Source: a virus (lineage: Duplodnaviria; Heunggongvirae; Uroviricota; Caudoviricetes). From it: 11,074 bases of DNA. The DNA is taken from the IMG/VR virus record IMGVR_UViG_2534682164_000010; one strand, written 5' to 3'. This document shows, piece after piece, positions 8,695-11,074 of this stretch. Both the position numbers and the translations under genes were made by a program. The notes under the pieces were generated by a model that saw only the letters and a program-made list of their open reading frames with translations, was not told the DNA's origin and did not search any database. Position 1 is the first letter of the stretch; every line of letters starts with the position of its first letter.

Positions 8695-9513
8695 ATGTGT
8701 CAGGTATTTGGTGTATCCAGGAGCGGTTATTACAACTGGGTACAGCATGAACCCTCAGACAGAAAACAAAGTGATGAGCGGCTAAAACTGGAGATTAAGG
8801 TGGCACATATCCGCACTCGCGAAACATATGGAACCCGGCGGCTCCAGACGGAGCTGGCAGAGAATGGCATCATTGTTGGTCGTGACCGACTGGCACGTCT
8901 TCGTAAGGAGCTAAGGCTACGCTGTAAGCAGAAACGCAAGTTCAGAGCGACTACGAACTCGAACCACAATCTGCCAGTTGCGCCAAATCTGCTGAACCAG
9001 ACGTTCGCTCCTACAGCACCAAATCAGGTCTGGGTGGCGGACCTGACGTATGTTGCCACACAGGAGGGATGGTTGTACCTCGCTGGCATCAAAGATGTTT
9101 ATACGTGCGAAATTGTCGGCTACGCCATGGGAGAGCGCATGACAAAAGAGCTGACAGGTAAAGCCCTGTTTATGGCGCTCAGGAGCCAGCGCCCACCTGC
9201 CGGGCTAATCCACCACTCTGATCGAGGTTCACAGTACTGCGCATACGATTACCGGGTCATACAGGAGCAGTCTGGTCTGAAAACATCAATGTCGCGTAAA
9301 GGTAACTGTTACGACAACGCTCCGATGGAAAGCTTCTGGGGAACGCTGAAAAATGAGAGCCTGAGCCACTATCGTTTTAATAACCGGGATGAAGCCATCT
9401 CAGTAATACGGGAATACATTGAGATTTTCTACAATCGTCAGCGTCGTCACTCTCGTCTGGGGAATATCTCCCCGGCAGCCTTCAGGGAAAAATATCATCA
9501 GATGGCTGCTTAA
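8695..9513 (+). CDS. IS600 OrfB (DDE transposase catalytic domain, 272 aa from first ATG; natively fused to OrfA by frameshift)
   Basis: Contains the DDE-integrase core with HSDRGSQY and the C-terminal YNxxRxHSxLG-like motif. Confidence 0.9.
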   Translation: MCQVFGVSRSGYYNWVQHEPSDRKQSDERLKLEIKVAHIRTRETYGTRRLQTELAENGIIVGRDRLARLRKELRLRCKQKRKFRATTNSNHNLPVAPNLLNQTFAPTAPNQVWVADLTYVATQEGWLYLAGIKDVYTCEIVGYAMGERMTKELTGKALFMALRSQRPPAGLIHHSDRGSQYCAYDYRVIQEQSGLKTSMSRKGNCYDNAPMESFWGTLKNESLSHYRFNNRDEAISVIREYIEIFYNRQRRHSRLGNISPAAFREKYHQMAA

Positions 9514-9555
9514 AAAAGAACAAATGGTAGTGTCCGCTATTGCCAGTACACCTCA

Positions 9556-10493
9556 AGGCCACTGCGGAAGACGTGAAAAGCACGGGGAAAAACGCCGTCT
9601 TATCCGGTCAGCGTGCACAGGCAGCCGCAGGTTATGCCCGCGCAGCAGAACAGGCCAAAAATGACATTGATGCTGCGCTGACCGGCACTCTGAAAACGGC
9701 TAACCATCTGTCTGAAATCGCAGCAGCAGGCGAAAAGGCACAACAGAAGTCCCGGGATAATCTGGGGCTGAAAAGTGCGGCCACGATGGAAGCACAGAGC
9801 GACATTTACGACCGGACAAAAGGCCGTCTGGCGATACCCGGCGCATTCGGCTTTGGGTGTGCTTTTCTGCCTGAAGATGTTATCCGTTTTGACACTAAGA
9901 GTGATTTCCTGGCCTGGGTAAGGAATGCGCTGCCAGGTGAATATTCCGTTGCTGGCCCCTACGACATCATCATACCCGACACACGGTTTGAAGGGGTGCT
10001 CAGCATCCGGTGGACTGATGCACGCCCTGAGACAACAGAACCGCGGTACAGAGCCAAATCCCTTACTTTTTACGGCATTAACGGCCCCATTTATCACACC
10101 CGCTACTGCTACTGGCCCATATCCAGACTGACTGGCTGGGTGAAAATAAATATAACCACAGAAGATATTATTTACAGAATCGTGGCGAGCTCTGTCCGCA
10201 ACAGATGGGGAGACCCTGACATTGGCGGGCTGATTATTGCTGCGTACCAGGGAGAAGCTGACGGTGATAAAGTCATCAGACTTGTCAGGGGGCAGTCATA
10301 CAGAGGCTCACGACTGGGACCGGTGGGGATTTCAGTGCCCAGTACTCCCACCGGAACGTATATAGCATCCCCACAATTTTTCATTACGGGATGTTCAGAG
10401 CATTCATTACCGGGGTCATATTGCGCCCTGTCCGGGGTGCCGGATGCACATGTCTCTGGCGCAATGCCCGGGCTTTTTATTCGCACATCGTGA
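9556..10493 (+). pseudogene. phage tail-fibre-like gene, C-terminal ~312 codons, 5'-truncated by IS600
   Basis: Open frame begins exactly at the IS600 right end. The Ala/Gln/Lys-rich helical stretch followed by a Gly/Tyr-rich globular C-terminus resembles side tail fibres, and a putative assembly gene follows. Identification is by resemblance only. Confidence 0.45.
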
Positions 10494-10688
10494 GGAATGC
10501 ACCGTGGAAATTAAAAAATCATTAATCCCCGTTATACCGAAAGTGGCGCAGTAGACTGTGACGTTTTTTTTGACGACAGGGACCAGGCAGTCCCCTACAC
10601 AGCCACCGCTGATGATGTCGCACCGACGGGTCAGCAAATCTGGCAGGAACTGCAAAGTGGCAAATGGGGTGAGATAGCCCCATTCACT

Positions 10689-11066
10689 GTGACACCAGAA
10701 ATGCTGGAAGCGGCCAGAGAGGCCAGGCGTCAGGAAATTGAAGCATGGCGCGCAGAACAGGAGGCGAAGCCGTTCACGTTTGAATGGAACGGTCGTATCT
10801 GGAATGCTGGTCCCGACTCACTGGGCCGCCTGTCCCCGGTAGTCATGCTGGCAAAATCTGTCACAGCACAAACACATATGGCGTGGAGCGATGCCGATAA
10901 TCAGCAGGTGAAACTGTCGATGCCGGAACTGGAAGAACTGGCGGCAGCAATGGTGCAGGCGCAGGTCGATCGCAACGATGAGATTTATCGCCGTCAGCGT
11001 GAAATGAAAGAGGAGCTGAGCGGTCTGGATGATTTGGCTTCAATTCGGGCGTTTGACGTTGAGTAA
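10689..11066 (+). CDS. putative tail-fibre assembly/chaperone protein; frame is open from 10515 and an in-frame ATG at 10497 is followed by TAA at 10512-10514
   Basis: Position immediately after the tail-fibre gene; ORF track start is a GTG at 10689. Length from 10497 to the stop would be 189 codons, typical of such proteins. Family not verifiable without a search. Confidence 0.4.
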   Translation: MTPEMLEAAREARRQEIEAWRAEQEAKPFTFEWNGRIWNAGPDSLGRLSPVVMLAKSVTAQTHMAWSDADNQQVKLSMPELEELAAAMVQAQVDRNDEIYRRQREMKEELSGLDDLASIRAFDVE

Positions 11067-11074
11067 TGAATAAG

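Larger units (their letters stand above)
8292..9555 (+). mobile_element. IS600 (IS3 family) copy 2, complete, 1264 bp
   Basis: Starts TGAGGTAGCC..., ends ...ACACCTCA, with imperfect terminal inverted repeats; orfA and orfB are intact; the 3-bp flanks (CCG left, AGG right) are not a duplication. Confidence 0.9.

Noticed and set aside
8730-10655. ORFs 8730..8969 (-), 9600..10097 (-), 9925..10131 (+), 10172..10486 (-), 10416..10655 (-)
   Set aside because: They are antisense or alternative-frame ORFs inside IS600 orfB or the tail-fibre frame, with no independent support.
10861-11043. ORF 10861..11043 (-), 60 aa
   Set aside because: Antisense within the putative tail-fibre assembly gene; proline-rich low-complexity translation.

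Overview
Enterobacterial (E. coli/Shigella-type) segment in which roughly 60% of the DNA is insertion sequence, wrapped around the decayed late-regulatory end of a lambdoid prophage. Layout: IS600 copy 1 (1-1309, enters at the window edge, split by an IS1 at 395-1162 with a 9-bp target duplication); a minus-strand prophage remnant (1310-4901) reading hypothetical 85-aa gene, RusA, Q-like antiterminator, tR-prime-like terminator, tRNA(CAU), tRNA-Arg(UCU), then a visibly AT-rich cargo region with uncharacterised ORFs, ending in a gene fragment cut by IS600; IS2 (4902-8250, 5-bp target duplication GTCCG) itself split by an IS21-family element (5058-7121) with a junction deletion; a complete IS600 copy 2 (8292-9555); and a truncated tail-fibre gene plus a putative tail-fibre assembly gene on the plus strand (9556-11066). 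No stx genes, CRISPR array or rRNA were seen. The best candidate for something undescribed is the cargo slot between the phage tRNAs and the IS600-truncated gene (about 1452-2943), which occupies the position where Stx phages carry the toxin operon; it holds two unrecognised ORFs and a hairpin-rich block with two convergent mini-ORFs. This is a lead, not a demonstrated system. All identifications rest on reading the sequence and recalled family knowledge; no database search was run.
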